A DNA stretch of 53,032 bases from an uncultured Candidatus Bathyarchaeia archaeon (GCA_964653695.1 CAZZFQ010000003.1:1-53032), one strand, 5' to 3'; shown: positions 7,946 to 17,190, counted from the stretch's first letter. Program-made: numbers and translations. Notes: a model not told the origin generated them from the letters alone.

Positions 7946-9670
7946 TTATGTTCCGCTTGCTACGACTGTGATCTCGTCAGATTGCTGTATTCCATCATTG
8001 TTTGTGTCGGTCCACTTGCAGATGTAGTATCCTTCAGTGTAGCTTGCAAGGTTCGGATAGACGATATCTGCGAAGTAGACGCCGCCCGCATATGTGCCCG
8101 TATGCGCGATCCCCCACATCGAGAAGACCGTCCTAGACCCGTCCTTGTAGATCTGCAACACGAAGTAGTCTGCCTTGTTGTAGTCGTATGTTGATTTTGC
8201 AACTGAGTAGACCGGTGTTGACCCAGTCATGAACCTGTAATGGGTGGCGTCCATTGAGAAGGTTATCAATGCGTATCCCAGTCCTTCATAGTAGTTGACA
8301 ATCTTGCTAGCTACATAGCCCCCGAAGAGGACAACGTTGCCAGTGAACAACGGCGCCCCCGTAACCTGGTTAACCTTGCTCGAATCGGTTTGAATAATTA
8401 TGTTCTGTGGCGGGTTGCTGCATTTGCCATATATGAAACCAAGCGCAGAATCATCATACATATTGCCCGTCCGAACGAAGTAGACGGCTCGTGAGGCAGC
8501 ACCCAATATGCTTCCAGCGACTTCACTCAGTGTAGGAGCAATGGCGACACGGATCTTGACAACCCTGCCAGGAGACGTATTCGTTCCGAAGTATGCGAAC
8601 CCATTGGCCACATCAATGACAGCCGAGTAGAGGTACGCGTCCGCCGAAAGCAAGGTCAACGCTTCCACACGTGTAAAGTCTGAGAACTTGACCTTGGCAA
8701 CCCTGCCTGGATCTGTCCAAGTTCCGAAGTACGCAAAGCCATTAACAGCATCAAAGACGGCTGAGCGGGGAAAGCTCTCGCCTGAGTCTAGGGTTAGCAC
8801 TTGAATTCGCATGAAGTCTACAAGCCGAATCTTAACGATCCTGCCTGGCGACGTGTCTGCTGCAAAATATGCGAAACCGTTGACGGCGTCTATGACGGCG
8901 GAGGAGGGATTGTTTTCGCCCGGGTCTAGCACTAGGGCCCCGTAACGGGTGAAATCTGATAGTCTGACCTTCACAATCCTGCCTGGCGATGTCTGTGTTC
9001 CAAAGTATGCGAAACCACCGGCAGGATCAATGACGGCTGACCTGAGAAGATTCTCACCTGAAAGCAGAGTCAATGTTCCCGCATGGGAGAAGTCTGAAAG
9101 CCTTACCTTCACAATCTTGCCTGGCGATGTTTCCGTTCCGAAATATGCAAAGCCACCGGCAGTGTCAATGACAGCTGCATGAACGTTGTTTTCGCCTGAA
9201 CCGAGATTCAGTGTTCCAGCGATGGTGAAGTTGGAGAGCCTCACCCTAATGATCTTGCCTGGTAACGTGTGTGTTCCGAAGTATGCGAAACCTCCAGTGG
9301 GATCAATGACGGCGCAAGGAAGATAGTTTTGGCCTGAGCTCAGAGTCAGTGTTCCGGCATGGGTAAAGTTGGAAAGTCGGACCCTAATGATCCTGCCCGG
9401 CGATGTCCACGTGCCGAAGTATGCAAAGCCACCCGCAGGATCAATGACAGCTGACTGGAGATAACTCTCATCTGAAAGCAAGCTTAAAGCTCCTAGACGA
9501 CTCAACGCGTATGCCGCTGGAACTGCTGTCAGCTGAAACATCAAAGCACACACAGAAATCGAAATGAGACAAAGCGCTTTGATCTTCCATAAGCTTAGAG
9601 AATACTTTTTGTTTCTTCGGATGTCTGAAAGACTCATCTTACGATCTACCTTATGATGCAAACCAACCAA
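7946..9670 (-). CDS. Secreted protein: signal/TM, seven 46-aa beta-propeller-type repeats, C-terminal shared ~190-aa module
   Basis: N-terminal 'ALCLISISVCALMFQL'. Seven repeats 'AVIDPAGGFAYFGTxTSPGRIVKVRLSDF...'. The C-terminal domain from 'AVYFVRTGNMYDDSALGF' to 'YYICKWTDTNNDGIQQSDEITVVASGT' is shared with three neighbouring proteins. Confidence 0.85.
   Translation of the reverse strand: MVGLHHKVDRKMSLSDIRRNKKYSLSLWKIKALCLISISVCALMFQLTAVPAAYALSRLGALSLLSDESYLQSAVIDPAGGFAYFGTWTSPGRIIRVRLSNFTHAGTLTLSSGQNYLPCAVIDPTGGFAYFGTHTLPGKIIRVRLSNFTIAGTLNLGSGENNVHAAVIDTAGGFAYFGTETSPGKIVKVRLSDFSHAGTLTLLSGENLLRSAVIDPAGGFAYFGTQTSPGRIVKVRLSDFTRYGALVLDPGENNPSSAVIDAVNGFAYFAADTSPGRIVKIRLVDFMRIQVLTLDSGESFPRSAVFDAVNGFAYFGTWTDPGRVAKVKFSDFTRVEALTLLSADAYLYSAVIDVANGFAYFGTNTSPGRVVKIRVAIAPTLSEVAGSILGAASRAVYFVRTGNMYDDSALGFIYGKCSNPPQNIIIQTDSSKVNQVTGAPLFTGNVVLFGGYVASKIVNYYEGLGYALITFSMDATHYRFMTGSTPVYSVAKSTYDYNKADYFVLQIYKDGSRTVFSMWGIAHTGTYAGGVYFADIVYPNLASYTEGYYICKWTDTNNDGIQQSDEITVVASGT
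8546..9454 (-). repeat. Seven tandem coding repeats of ~138 nt (46 aa)
   Basis: Counted manually in the translation. The antisense ORF 8949-9182 also shows an internal duplication ('LTFTILPGDV.VPKYAKPPA'), which confirms nucleotide-level periodicity. Confidence 0.85.
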
Positions 9671-10031
9671 AGGCCGCGAATCGTTACTTAAGACTTGTCA
9701 AGGATCCAGTTAGCACCACCATCGCATTAGCTACCTATTCACTACACACGCATCGGCCTCGCGTGTTCTTCTCGTCCGTGTCACCGGTATGGAATAGAGA
9801 CTAGTACGGATACTACGAAAGTGATATCAAAGAAAGCTATCTCACTGTGCCTTCTCGCTCCAACATCTGGACATGCCTTCCTCTGCTGCTAGACCGTCAG
9901 AAAATCCCATTCCGCCTCGTACAACCTGAATTGGTTGGATTGACTCTCGGCCCTAAGCTCTCCTGTGTTTAGATCCTAATCGGATAATTCTTTCTTGAAC
10001 TGGATGTGACGTAAATACGGAATATCTAGTT

Positions 10032-11603
10032 TCATATCTGGCCGAAGAAAGCCTTGATTGCTTGGCGTGTTGCCTCACCGTACGGTTGCAGAGTGAACGA
10101 GGCGAAGTCGTCGTCCCAAGAGAATCCAACACCTCTAGGAGCGGCTTTGAGATAAGCATCAAAAGCAATCTGTGCGTTCCTCAATTCATTCTGTCTAACA
10201 TAATCAGGAAGGGATGTCCCGGGGACAAACTCGCACATCCAGTATTCACCGACCATCCACGGAACATGCTTTCCCTTAGCTAGGGTAGCGAACTTCTGGT
10301 AACTGTCAGAGAAGATATGTCTAATATTCTCTTCAGAGAGATTTTCGCTAAAGCCTACGTCACACCCAACTATATCAACATCCTTGAAGTATGCGTCTAC
10401 TGCCTCGGCACTCAATGTCCAGATCGAATCGCTTATCTGGAGGATGATTCTACCGGAGAAAACTTGACGAATCGTGGAGGCTGCCAATGGCATGAAGTCG
10501 ATGAGATTCTTGTTAATGTCATCGCTGCTCCACCCTTGATTTGCAAAGAGCATCTCCACTTCGCTCACCCCGAAATAATCAACTCCCATGCCTTGAAGGG
10601 TTTGTGCGTTTGTCCTCACAAAGTCCAGAAAAGCTGTCTTGAATACCGAGTAGGATGGAAGTTGAGGGATGTCTTTGCCTGGAGAAGCAGTGGGGGTAAC
10701 CCAAACAGCCAATCCGGCCCTTTTCACGTTACTGATGCACTCATAGAGATAGTTGAGGTTGATTGCTGCGTATATGTTGCCTTGCAGCTGCCCAGTTAGG
10801 AAAAGCTGAACAGTGTTGAATCCAGTCGCCTTCATCTTCGCCAAATACTCATCTGTAAACATTGGTCTAAGCTGCTGGTTGTAGATCCACGGACCCAGAT
10901 GGAGCGCCTTTACGGTTGCTCGTGTGCTTTCCCCGCTTGCAACAACAGTGATCTCATTCGACTGCTGTATTCCATCATTATTCAAGTCGGTCCATTTACA
11001 GATCAGGTAGCCTTGCGTGTAGGCTGACAGATTCGGGCAGATTACGTCGCAGAAGTAGACTCCTCCAGCATAGGTCCCTGTCTGCGCTATGCCCCAAACG
11101 GAGAAAATGGTCCTCGATCCATTCATGTAGATTTGTATCACGAAGTAGTCAACCCTATTGTAGTCATACGTGGATCTCAAAACAGAGTAAGCGATTGCCG
11201 CACCTCTCATAAACTTGAAGCGGTTCACATCCATAGAGAAGGTAATAGGAGCGCATCCGAGTCCTTCATAGTAGTCCTCAACCTTATTGGCCATGCAACC
11301 ACCGAAGAGAACCATACTTCCAGCGAACTCCGGAGCACCCGTGCTCTGGGTAACCTTGGATGAATCGGCTTGAGTCACAATATTCTGGGGGCTACTGCAT
11401 TTAGCGTATACGAATCCAAGCGCCGAATCGTCATAGATGTTGCCGGTTCGAACGAAGTGGATAGTTCCAGCAGGGGCACTCAGTATGGTTGTTGAGAGTT
11501 GATTTAGAGCAGGTCCAGTAGCAGTCAGGTCTCGGCTTACAAACGGCGTGACGCCCAAGACAATCACAGTTACGCAGACTAGTGCTCTCAAAAGACTGCT
11601 CAC
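10032..11603 (-). CDS. Secreted protein: N-terminal shared ~190-aa module + C-terminal TIM-barrel glycoside-hydrolase-like domain (GH5-like, tentative)
   Basis: Signal 'LVCVTVIVLGV'. Module from 'TIHFVRTGNIYDDSALGF' to 'LICKWTDLNNDGIQQSNEITVVASGE'. The C-terminal part has 'GFNTVQLF', 'VWVTPT' and 'MVGEYWM'. The glycosidase assignment is weak. Confidence 0.8.
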   Translation of the reverse strand: MSSLLRALVCVTVIVLGVTPFVSRDLTATGPALNQLSTTILSAPAGTIHFVRTGNIYDDSALGFVYAKCSSPQNIVTQADSSKVTQSTGAPEFAGSMVLFGGCMANKVEDYYEGLGCAPITFSMDVNRFKFMRGAAIAYSVLRSTYDYNRVDYFVIQIYMNGSRTIFSVWGIAQTGTYAGGVYFCDVICPNLSAYTQGYLICKWTDLNNDGIQQSNEITVVASGESTRATVKALHLGPWIYNQQLRPMFTDEYLAKMKATGFNTVQLFLTGQLQGNIYAAINLNYLYECISNVKRAGLAVWVTPTASPGKDIPQLPSYSVFKTAFLDFVRTNAQTLQGMGVDYFGVSEVEMLFANQGWSSDDINKNLIDFMPLAASTIRQVFSGRIILQISDSIWTLSAEAVDAYFKDVDIVGCDVGFSENLSEENIRHIFSDSYQKFATLAKGKHVPWMVGEYWMCEFVPGTSLPDYVRQNELRNAQIAFDAYLKAAPRGVGFSWDDDFASFTLQPYGEATRQAIKAFFGQI

Positions 11604-11821
11604 TTTCCCGGGACCACAAGAAGACAGCTTCCTTCCTCCTTTATGGCTACAGAATTTCTCTAACCTCTAAGGCACCTTGCCGTCACCAATAGTTATGCTT
11701 TTCTTCGCGCAGATGGGGCGGCGGCAAGACGTAACCTCTTCTATTTCTGTACCAGGGCCCGTTATAGCCGGCCATAACTGCCGCGCCAGTTCCTTGCAAT
11801 ATTCCTTCGGTTGGCACGGTT

Positions 11822-11829
11822 TTTATATA
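11822..11829 (+). promoter_or_regulatory. TATA-box-like element TTTATATA in the divergent intergenic region
   Basis: Read directly. It lies ~130 nt upstream of the annotated TTG start at 11957, so the link to that gene is uncertain. Confidence 0.25.
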
Positions 11830-11956
11830 CGTGTTTTCGGCAAGTGAATGAGCTTCAGGCTCACCGAGCCTGCTTCAGTGTAAGAGGGTTTGGATGGGTA
11901 TGAACATAACCGAGCAGAATCATGGACGTCTTCGTCAGGAGGCTTGACAAGAAATT

Positions 11957-13549
11957 TTGAATAGTGTCACATTCCGCTTCAGGAAGACAGGCAGCAGAGT
12001 TCTGAGCTTGATCTTTTTCGCTGCAATGGTGGCCTTGTCATTCTCTTCTTCCCGCCTTATTCCGTACGCGTCAGGCGTTTCTCAATTCAACCCTAACCCT
12101 CCTGCTAGTCCGGTCCGTCTGATCTTTATTCACCATTCCACGGGTGAGAACTGGCTGGCTGATGACAACGGCGGACTGGGCATAGCCTTGCGAAATAACA
12201 ACTACTACGTTAGCGACACCAACTATGGCTGGGGGCCAGACAGCATAGGCGATACCACAGACATCGGTCACTGGTGGCTTTGGTTCCGTGGACCCAAAAG
12301 TACCAGCTATCTGAATGCGCTCTACACAGAGAACGGGCAGTACTGTTCCTATTCACGTCTATCCGCCAATCCCGGCGGTGAGAACCTTATTGTAATGTTT
12401 AAATCGTGTTTTCCAAACTCTGCGCTGGACGGTGACCCGAACGCCCCCATACCGCCGATAGGGAGCAACCCTCTGCGCGGAGAGAGCTGCAGCTCGTCAT
12501 ATCATACGATAGCCAATGCCAAGGGCGTCTACATCGATCTTCTAGAGTATTTCCGAACAAGACAGGACAAATTGTTCATCGTCATAACTGCCCCACCTCA
12601 GACTGATCCAACTTTCGCGAGCAACGCCCGCGCCTTCAATATGTGGCTGGTAAGCGACTGGCTCATGAACTACGCCTACAAGAATGTGTTCGTGTTTGAC
12701 TTCTACAATGTGCTCACGACCAATGGCGGCAATCCAAACACCAACGATTTGAATCAAGCAACTGGTAATCATCATCGTTGGTGGAATAACGCCATACAAC
12801 ACAAGACCGACGGTGACGACGACAGCAATCCCAATATCCTAGAATATCCAAGCGCAAGCGACGACGACCATCCAAGCAAGGCCGGCAACCTAAAAGCCAC
12901 AGGCGAATTCCTGCCACTGCTGAACATCGCATACAACCGCTGGAAAGAGGTTAGCACAATCGGACTCAACCAAGTATCTAGCGCGATACTGAATGCTCCT
13001 GCGAGAACCGTCTATTATGTTCGGACAGGCAATATGTATGATGATTCTGCGCTTGGATTCGTATACGCCAAATCCAGTAATCCTCAGAACATGATCATTC
13101 AGACTGACGCAAGCAAGGTCAACCAGGTTACAGGTGCACCGCTCTTCACTGGCAACGTTGTTCTCTTCGGTGGCTACGGAGCCAGCAAGGTTGTCAACTA
13201 CTATGAGAGGACAATGGGATATGTTCGCATCTCCTTCTCATATAATGCAACCCACTACAGGTTCATGAAAGGTTCAACAGTCGTCTATTCTGTTTCGATG
13301 CCTACCTACAACTCCAGCAAGGCCGACTATTTCCTGCTACAGATCTTCATGGACGGGTCTAGGACGGTCTTCTCGATGTGGGGGATCGCGCACACAGGCA
13401 CATATGCAAGCGGAGTATATTTTGCGGACGTAGTCTATCCCAGCTTGGCGTCCTACACGCAGGGCTACTACATCTGCAAGTGGACCGACCTAAACAACGA
13501 CGGCATACAACAATCGAATGAAATAACCGCCGTCGCAAGCGGAACATAG
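11957..13549 (+). CDS. Secreted protein: SGNH-like hydrolase domain (tentative) + C-terminal shared ~190-aa module
   Basis: Signal 'VLSLIFFAAMVALSF'. 'LIFIHHSTGENW', 'KSCFPNS' and 'DDDHPSKAGN' resemble SGNH blocks I/III/V. The C-terminal module is ~80% identical by eye to that of 7946-9670. Confidence 0.8.
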   Translation: MNSVTFRFRKTGSRVLSLIFFAAMVALSFSSSRLIPYASGVSQFNPNPPASPVRLIFIHHSTGENWLADDNGGLGIALRNNNYYVSDTNYGWGPDSIGDTTDIGHWWLWFRGPKSTSYLNALYTENGQYCSYSRLSANPGGENLIVMFKSCFPNSALDGDPNAPIPPIGSNPLRGESCSSSYHTIANAKGVYIDLLEYFRTRQDKLFIVITAPPQTDPTFASNARAFNMWLVSDWLMNYAYKNVFVFDFYNVLTTNGGNPNTNDLNQATGNHHRWWNNAIQHKTDGDDDSNPNILEYPSASDDDHPSKAGNLKATGEFLPLLNIAYNRWKEVSTIGLNQVSSAILNAPARTVYYVRTGNMYDDSALGFVYAKSSNPQNMIIQTDASKVNQVTGAPLFTGNVVLFGGYGASKVVNYYERTMGYVRISFSYNATHYRFMKGSTVVYSVSMPTYNSSKADYFLLQIFMDGSRTVFSMWGIAHTGTYASGVYFADVVYPSLASYTQGYYICKWTDLNNDGIQQSNEITAVASGT

Positions 13550-13599
13550 CATGACCGTATGAGAAGGCTGTCAATAGGCGGCGCTTCTCACAGGATGGG

Positions 13600-13619
13600 C
13601 TTACGCCTTCTTGCGTAAG
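13600..13619 (+). terminator. Hairpin CTTACGC-cttctt-GCGTAAG ~50 nt after the stop
   Basis: 7-bp perfect stem read directly. No clear oligo-T follows, so terminator function is uncertain. Confidence 0.25.
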
Positions 13620-14224
13620 GCACCTCATATTGTCTCAGTGACGTTTGACTGCCTAGGCAGGGCCCCTCCCTATGTCATGGTGAATTACGCTTGCGTCCAA
13701 TGAAGAGAAGATCCTGGTAGATCCACTCTTGGCACAGTTCGAGGAAGAAGCGATGGCCGAGGCGCTCTCAGGACCATACGAGCCTGTTCAAATCGCCAAA
13801 TCCGAAATCTTGCGCAGATGCTTATGACAATAGCGCGGAGCCACCTCTGACGGTCGTATGCTTCAATAATGCGAAGAAGGAGGAGGAAACAGCCTGGCGT
13901 GCCTTCACAACGTAAAGCAGCGCTAACTCAATCGAGATGGGAATGATGGAGGAAATATCTATCCATATGCACCGACCATGGCTTGACTTGGACTCGAACA
14001 ACAGCAAATTGGGCTTCAGTGAAAATCAAGTTCATCGCAGAAGCGTTGTATCACTTGCACGAATTGCTCGGGCCATTTGCCACGATTCAGAACTCAGCTC
14101 TGTCACGTAGTTTGATTCACGCCAAGATGGATCGCCATGTGCTACGAGCACTCACTGTCGTGTCTGGGCAGAGGGCTACACTTATAGAAGTGAGGGAAAC
14201 AGAAGTTACATAGAGAGCCTATCG

Positions 14225-14443
14225 ATGCCAGACCTCAAGATTCAGCACGAGTACAAAGAGCTCGCGGAAGAGTATGCTGGACTTGTGAAGGCGCATTTCA
14301 ATGGCCGTCTAAGGTCGATCTGCTTCTTCGGGTCCGCCGCATTGGGGAATAGATTCCTAGAAGCCGAATGGCATGCTCACCAATCCTCGAGCTGTCTGCA
14401 AACCACTAAGTTCATCCACTGCATACCTCTCAAGCTCTCATAG
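14225..14443 (+). pseudogene. Truncated nucleotidyltransferase N-terminal fragment
   Basis: 'RSICFFGSAALGN' gives the hG[GS] motif, but no D-x-D follows and the ORF ends after 72 aa. Confidence 0.45.
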
Positions 14444-14490
14444 TCATTCTATTCAGCGACAGGCGTGGAGGATGTCCCTGCAGTAGGTCT

Positions 14491-14922
14491 TTGATGAAAA
14501 AGTTTATCAAACCGTCCAGAGGTTCAAGAACCGAGTGTCATTATGCAATGGATGTCATTATCCGAGGCATGAGGACTCGCATCTACCGCGAGTTCAAGGC
14601 TCAAGCCAACAAAATGGGTCTAAGGCTGAGCGATGCCCTACAGAAGGCGATTGAGAGATGGTTGCTGGAGAACTCTCAATCAAGCCTTGTTATGAACGAT
14701 CCAAACCAGTTGGCCTTTGCCAAACTGGCGAGTCAGATAGAGTCAAAGTATCGCGGCAAATACGTGGCTATGTGCGGTGGCAAACTATACGTAGCTGAGA
14801 CACTTGAAGACCTTGCACGCCAGCTCAAGGAAGCAGGCATCGCAAGAGCAGTCGTATCTCATGTTGGCGCTGATGAGTCAGGGGAAGGCGGCGAGTGGTT
14901 TTGGGGATCTATAGAACGCTAA
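14491..14922 (+). CDS. Ribbon-helix-helix (FitA/VapB-like) + DUF5678-like small protein; true start probably ATG 14548
   Basis: 'MDVIIRGMRTRIYREFKAQANKMGLRLSDALQKAIERWL' fits an RHH antitoxin-like N-terminus. 'KYRGKYVAMCGGKLYVAETLEDLARQLKEAG' resembles DUF5678 as I recall it. Confidence 0.6.
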   Translation: MMKKFIKPSRGSRTECHYAMDVIIRGMRTRIYREFKAQANKMGLRLSDALQKAIERWLLENSQSSLVMNDPNQLAFAKLASQIESKYRGKYVAMCGGKLYVAETLEDLARQLKEAGIARAVVSHVGADESGEGGEWFWGSIER

Positions 14923-14963
14923 ACTGCCACAGTTACGATATTGAAGCCAAGCCGGAGAGACCT

Positions 14964-15317
14964 ATGATACATGTATCAATAACCGGGCCTGCCACAGGCA
15001 GAGAGATGAAATTCACGGCAGCCGCGGACACAGGTTTCTCAGGGTACCTCCTGGTCCCCATGGAAACATATCTGGAGTATTCTGAGTTGGAGCTGCCCGT
15101 AAGGGATTTCCTTACATACAGGACCATCGTTGGGCCGATTGTGCTTCGAAGGGCCAGAGTCACAGCGGCGATCCTCGGAGACAGATTCGAAACCTTCATA
15201 GAAACCCCGCTCATTGGAATGGGTAGGTTCCTTCTTGGACGTCGTATTCTCAACGCTCTTCGGCTTGCGTTGCTCGGTCCGGAGAAGAGATCCTGCCTCC
15301 TAGAAGAGCAGGGATAA
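14964..15317 (+). CDS. Clan AA aspartic protease, DTGF (AF_0612-like) family
   Basis: 'KFTAAADTGFSGYLLVP' (D-T-G-F). ~117 aa from ATG 14964, which has GGAGAG 6 nt upstream. The ORF-track start 14895 overlaps the previous gene. Confidence 0.7.
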   Translation: MIHVSITGPATGREMKFTAAADTGFSGYLLVPMETYLEYSELELPVRDFLTYRTIVGPIVLRRARVTAAILGDRFETFIETPLIGMGRFLLGRRILNALRLALLGPEKRSCLLEEQG

Positions 15318-15437
15318 CCATACCAACAGAAGTGATAACTGCAACAGCCCCAGCTACTTAGCCGCATCATAAAGCCCTAAGACACACGCTTGGGCCCTTT
15401 GGTCAGATTCACTCATCTGGACTAGGTAGGTGAGGCG

Positions 15438-15444
15438 TTAAATA
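15438..15444 (+). promoter_or_regulatory. TATA-like box TTAAATA centred 26 nt upstream of ATG 15467 (suggests a leaderless or near-leaderless transcript)
   Basis: Position read directly. The spacing matches the usual archaeal TATA-to-TSS distance. Confidence 0.4.
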
Positions 15445-15466
15445 GAACAATCACTGATATCAAGAA

Positions 15467-17146
15467 ATGGGGAAAAATTTGGAAAGAGGAACAGCGAAAG
15501 GAGTTCTCCTATGTGTCTTTCTGCTTGTGCTGGTCTTTTCATCGACGGAGAGCCGCAGTGCTGAAGCCTATGTAGGAGCTGGCTGGACTAAGCATGCTAG
15601 CTACGTTCTGAACGTGGGAGCGCCCGGTGCATGGGACGACTATGGAGTCACCCATCCTTGTGTGATCAAGGATGGTGACACCTACAAGATGTGGTATAGT
15701 GGTCTTGATGGGACAGGTAAGCGAAAGATAGGCTACGCGACATCGACCGACGGTATTAGTTGGACTAAGTATGTCGCCAACCCGGTTCTGACCGTGGGAG
15801 CGGCCGGTGCGTGGGACGATGACCAAGTTGGCGCCCCATCAGTTATCAAGGATGGCTCAACTTACCGAATGTGGTACACAGGTAATGATGGGAGCACCTA
15901 CAGAGTAGGGTATGCAACTTCAGCTAACGGTATCGCATGGACCAAGTATTGGGGGAATCCAGTCGTATCCCTTGGGGCCGGACCTACAGATCCTGACCGT
16001 GTCGGCGTTATGTCTCCAAACGTCATCAAGGAGGAGTCTGGCTTCGTTATGTGGTACTCAGGTTACGACGGCTCGAAGATCTACATCTGCATGGCGTATT
16101 CTGGCGACGGAGCAAGGTGGTCGAAATATGACGGAACATTGGGAGGAGTCACGGATAAAGTACTTGACGTGGGAGCGGCGGGTGCCTGGGATGATACATG
16201 GGTTACCGATTGTGCAGTGCTGAGGTCGGGAGATGTCTACTTCATGTACTACATGGGCTATGACGGAGCCACAGGCTTTGCGATAGGTTTGGCTTACTCA
16301 ACAACAGGCAAGACCTGGACCAAATACGGTGGTAACCCTCTTGTAAACAAAGGTGCCGCGGGTACTTGGGATGACGTCGCTCTGCGTGGGCCATGTGTCA
16401 TTCAAGACCGCCTAGATTTCAAGATGTGGTACACTGGGACAGACACCACTTCAGACGCTACACGACGGATAGGATACGCTACGAACCTTATGCGCATGGG
16501 TGGAGCGATGGGTTTGATCGATGGCCCTGAGAACACTGTATACTACATCTACCCGGATTATCAAGGTACGAAGCCTACCGGGACCGCGTACGCCTCGCTC
16601 AGCGACTGGACCTCTCTAGGAATGGTAATAGGTATGAGCAGCAACAACCAATACGTCACCACGGATACACACACGTCTGTTGTAGGTGCTGATGGTGGGC
16701 TTGTCGTTTCAGCGACATATTCCGCAGTGATATGTGGTGGAAGGGGCGTGAGTGGCCCGACGAGGTACTATGAGATTGTTGCTGCGACGTCGCCTGCGTA
16801 CTTCCAACTCGTCGGAACCACATACTACTTCTATTCTCGCTCGACAGGAACGTCGGTCGCCGGGACCGCGATGAGCGGATCGGTAGTATCGACCAACCAA
16901 GACATGTTCATCATAATGGCGTTCAAGCACTGGAATGGTAGGAACGTAATAATCCTCTACGGCTATGGTTGGAAGGGAAGCTACGCAGCCGCACTGTGGT
17001 TCAAGTATGGAACTGGAGCATGGGCCTTCGGTAGGGCGGGTATACCTACACGCGAGAACGCCTACTACATCTTCAAGTGGACCGACGCCAACGGAGACGG
17101 CTTCGTAGACCTCTCAGAGATCAGCTTCGTCGCCGCAGGCAGCTAG
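15467..17146 (+). CDS. Secreted protein: five-bladed beta-propeller glycosidase-like domain + diverged copy of the shared C-terminal module
   Basis: Signal 'VLLCVFLLVLVF'. Five repeats 'GAAGAWDD..V..P.VIKDG.TY.MWY.G.DG....IGYATS.DGI.WTKY..NPV'. The C-terminus 'YYIFKWTDANGDGFVDLSEISFVAAGS' aligns with the module of the three neighbours. Confidence 0.85.
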   Translation: MGKNLERGTAKGVLLCVFLLVLVFSSTESRSAEAYVGAGWTKHASYVLNVGAPGAWDDYGVTHPCVIKDGDTYKMWYSGLDGTGKRKIGYATSTDGISWTKYVANPVLTVGAAGAWDDDQVGAPSVIKDGSTYRMWYTGNDGSTYRVGYATSANGIAWTKYWGNPVVSLGAGPTDPDRVGVMSPNVIKEESGFVMWYSGYDGSKIYICMAYSGDGARWSKYDGTLGGVTDKVLDVGAAGAWDDTWVTDCAVLRSGDVYFMYYMGYDGATGFAIGLAYSTTGKTWTKYGGNPLVNKGAAGTWDDVALRGPCVIQDRLDFKMWYTGTDTTSDATRRIGYATNLMRMGGAMGLIDGPENTVYYIYPDYQGTKPTGTAYASLSDWTSLGMVIGMSSNNQYVTTDTHTSVVGADGGLVVSATYSAVICGGRGVSGPTRYYEIVAATSPAYFQLVGTTYYFYSRSTGTSVAGTAMSGSVVSTNQDMFIIMAFKHWNGRNVIILYGYGWKGSYAAALWFKYGTGAWAFGRAGIPTRENAYYIFKWTDANGDGFVDLSEISFVAAGS

Positions 17147-17175
17147 CCGAAACCCTTCCTTCTCTGAACCTCCCC

Positions 17176-17190
17176 TTTTTTGTATCTTTT
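17176..17190 (+). terminator. Oligo-T tract (T6...T4) 30 nt after the stop
   Basis: 'ccccttttttgtatctttt' read directly. Archaeal termination commonly uses T-runs. Confidence 0.35.

Noticed and set aside
8949-9182. Plus-strand 77-aa ORF with an internal repeat ('LTFTILPGDV.VPKYAKPPA').
   Set aside because: It is antisense to the tandem coding repeats of 7946-9670. The periodicity is a mirror of the minus-strand repeats, and the minus-strand product is clearly the real protein.
8546-9454. Possible CRISPR-like array, because of regular ~138-nt periodicity.
   Set aside because: The repeat units are contiguous, without unique spacers. They are translated in frame as propeller blades and have no cas genes nearby.
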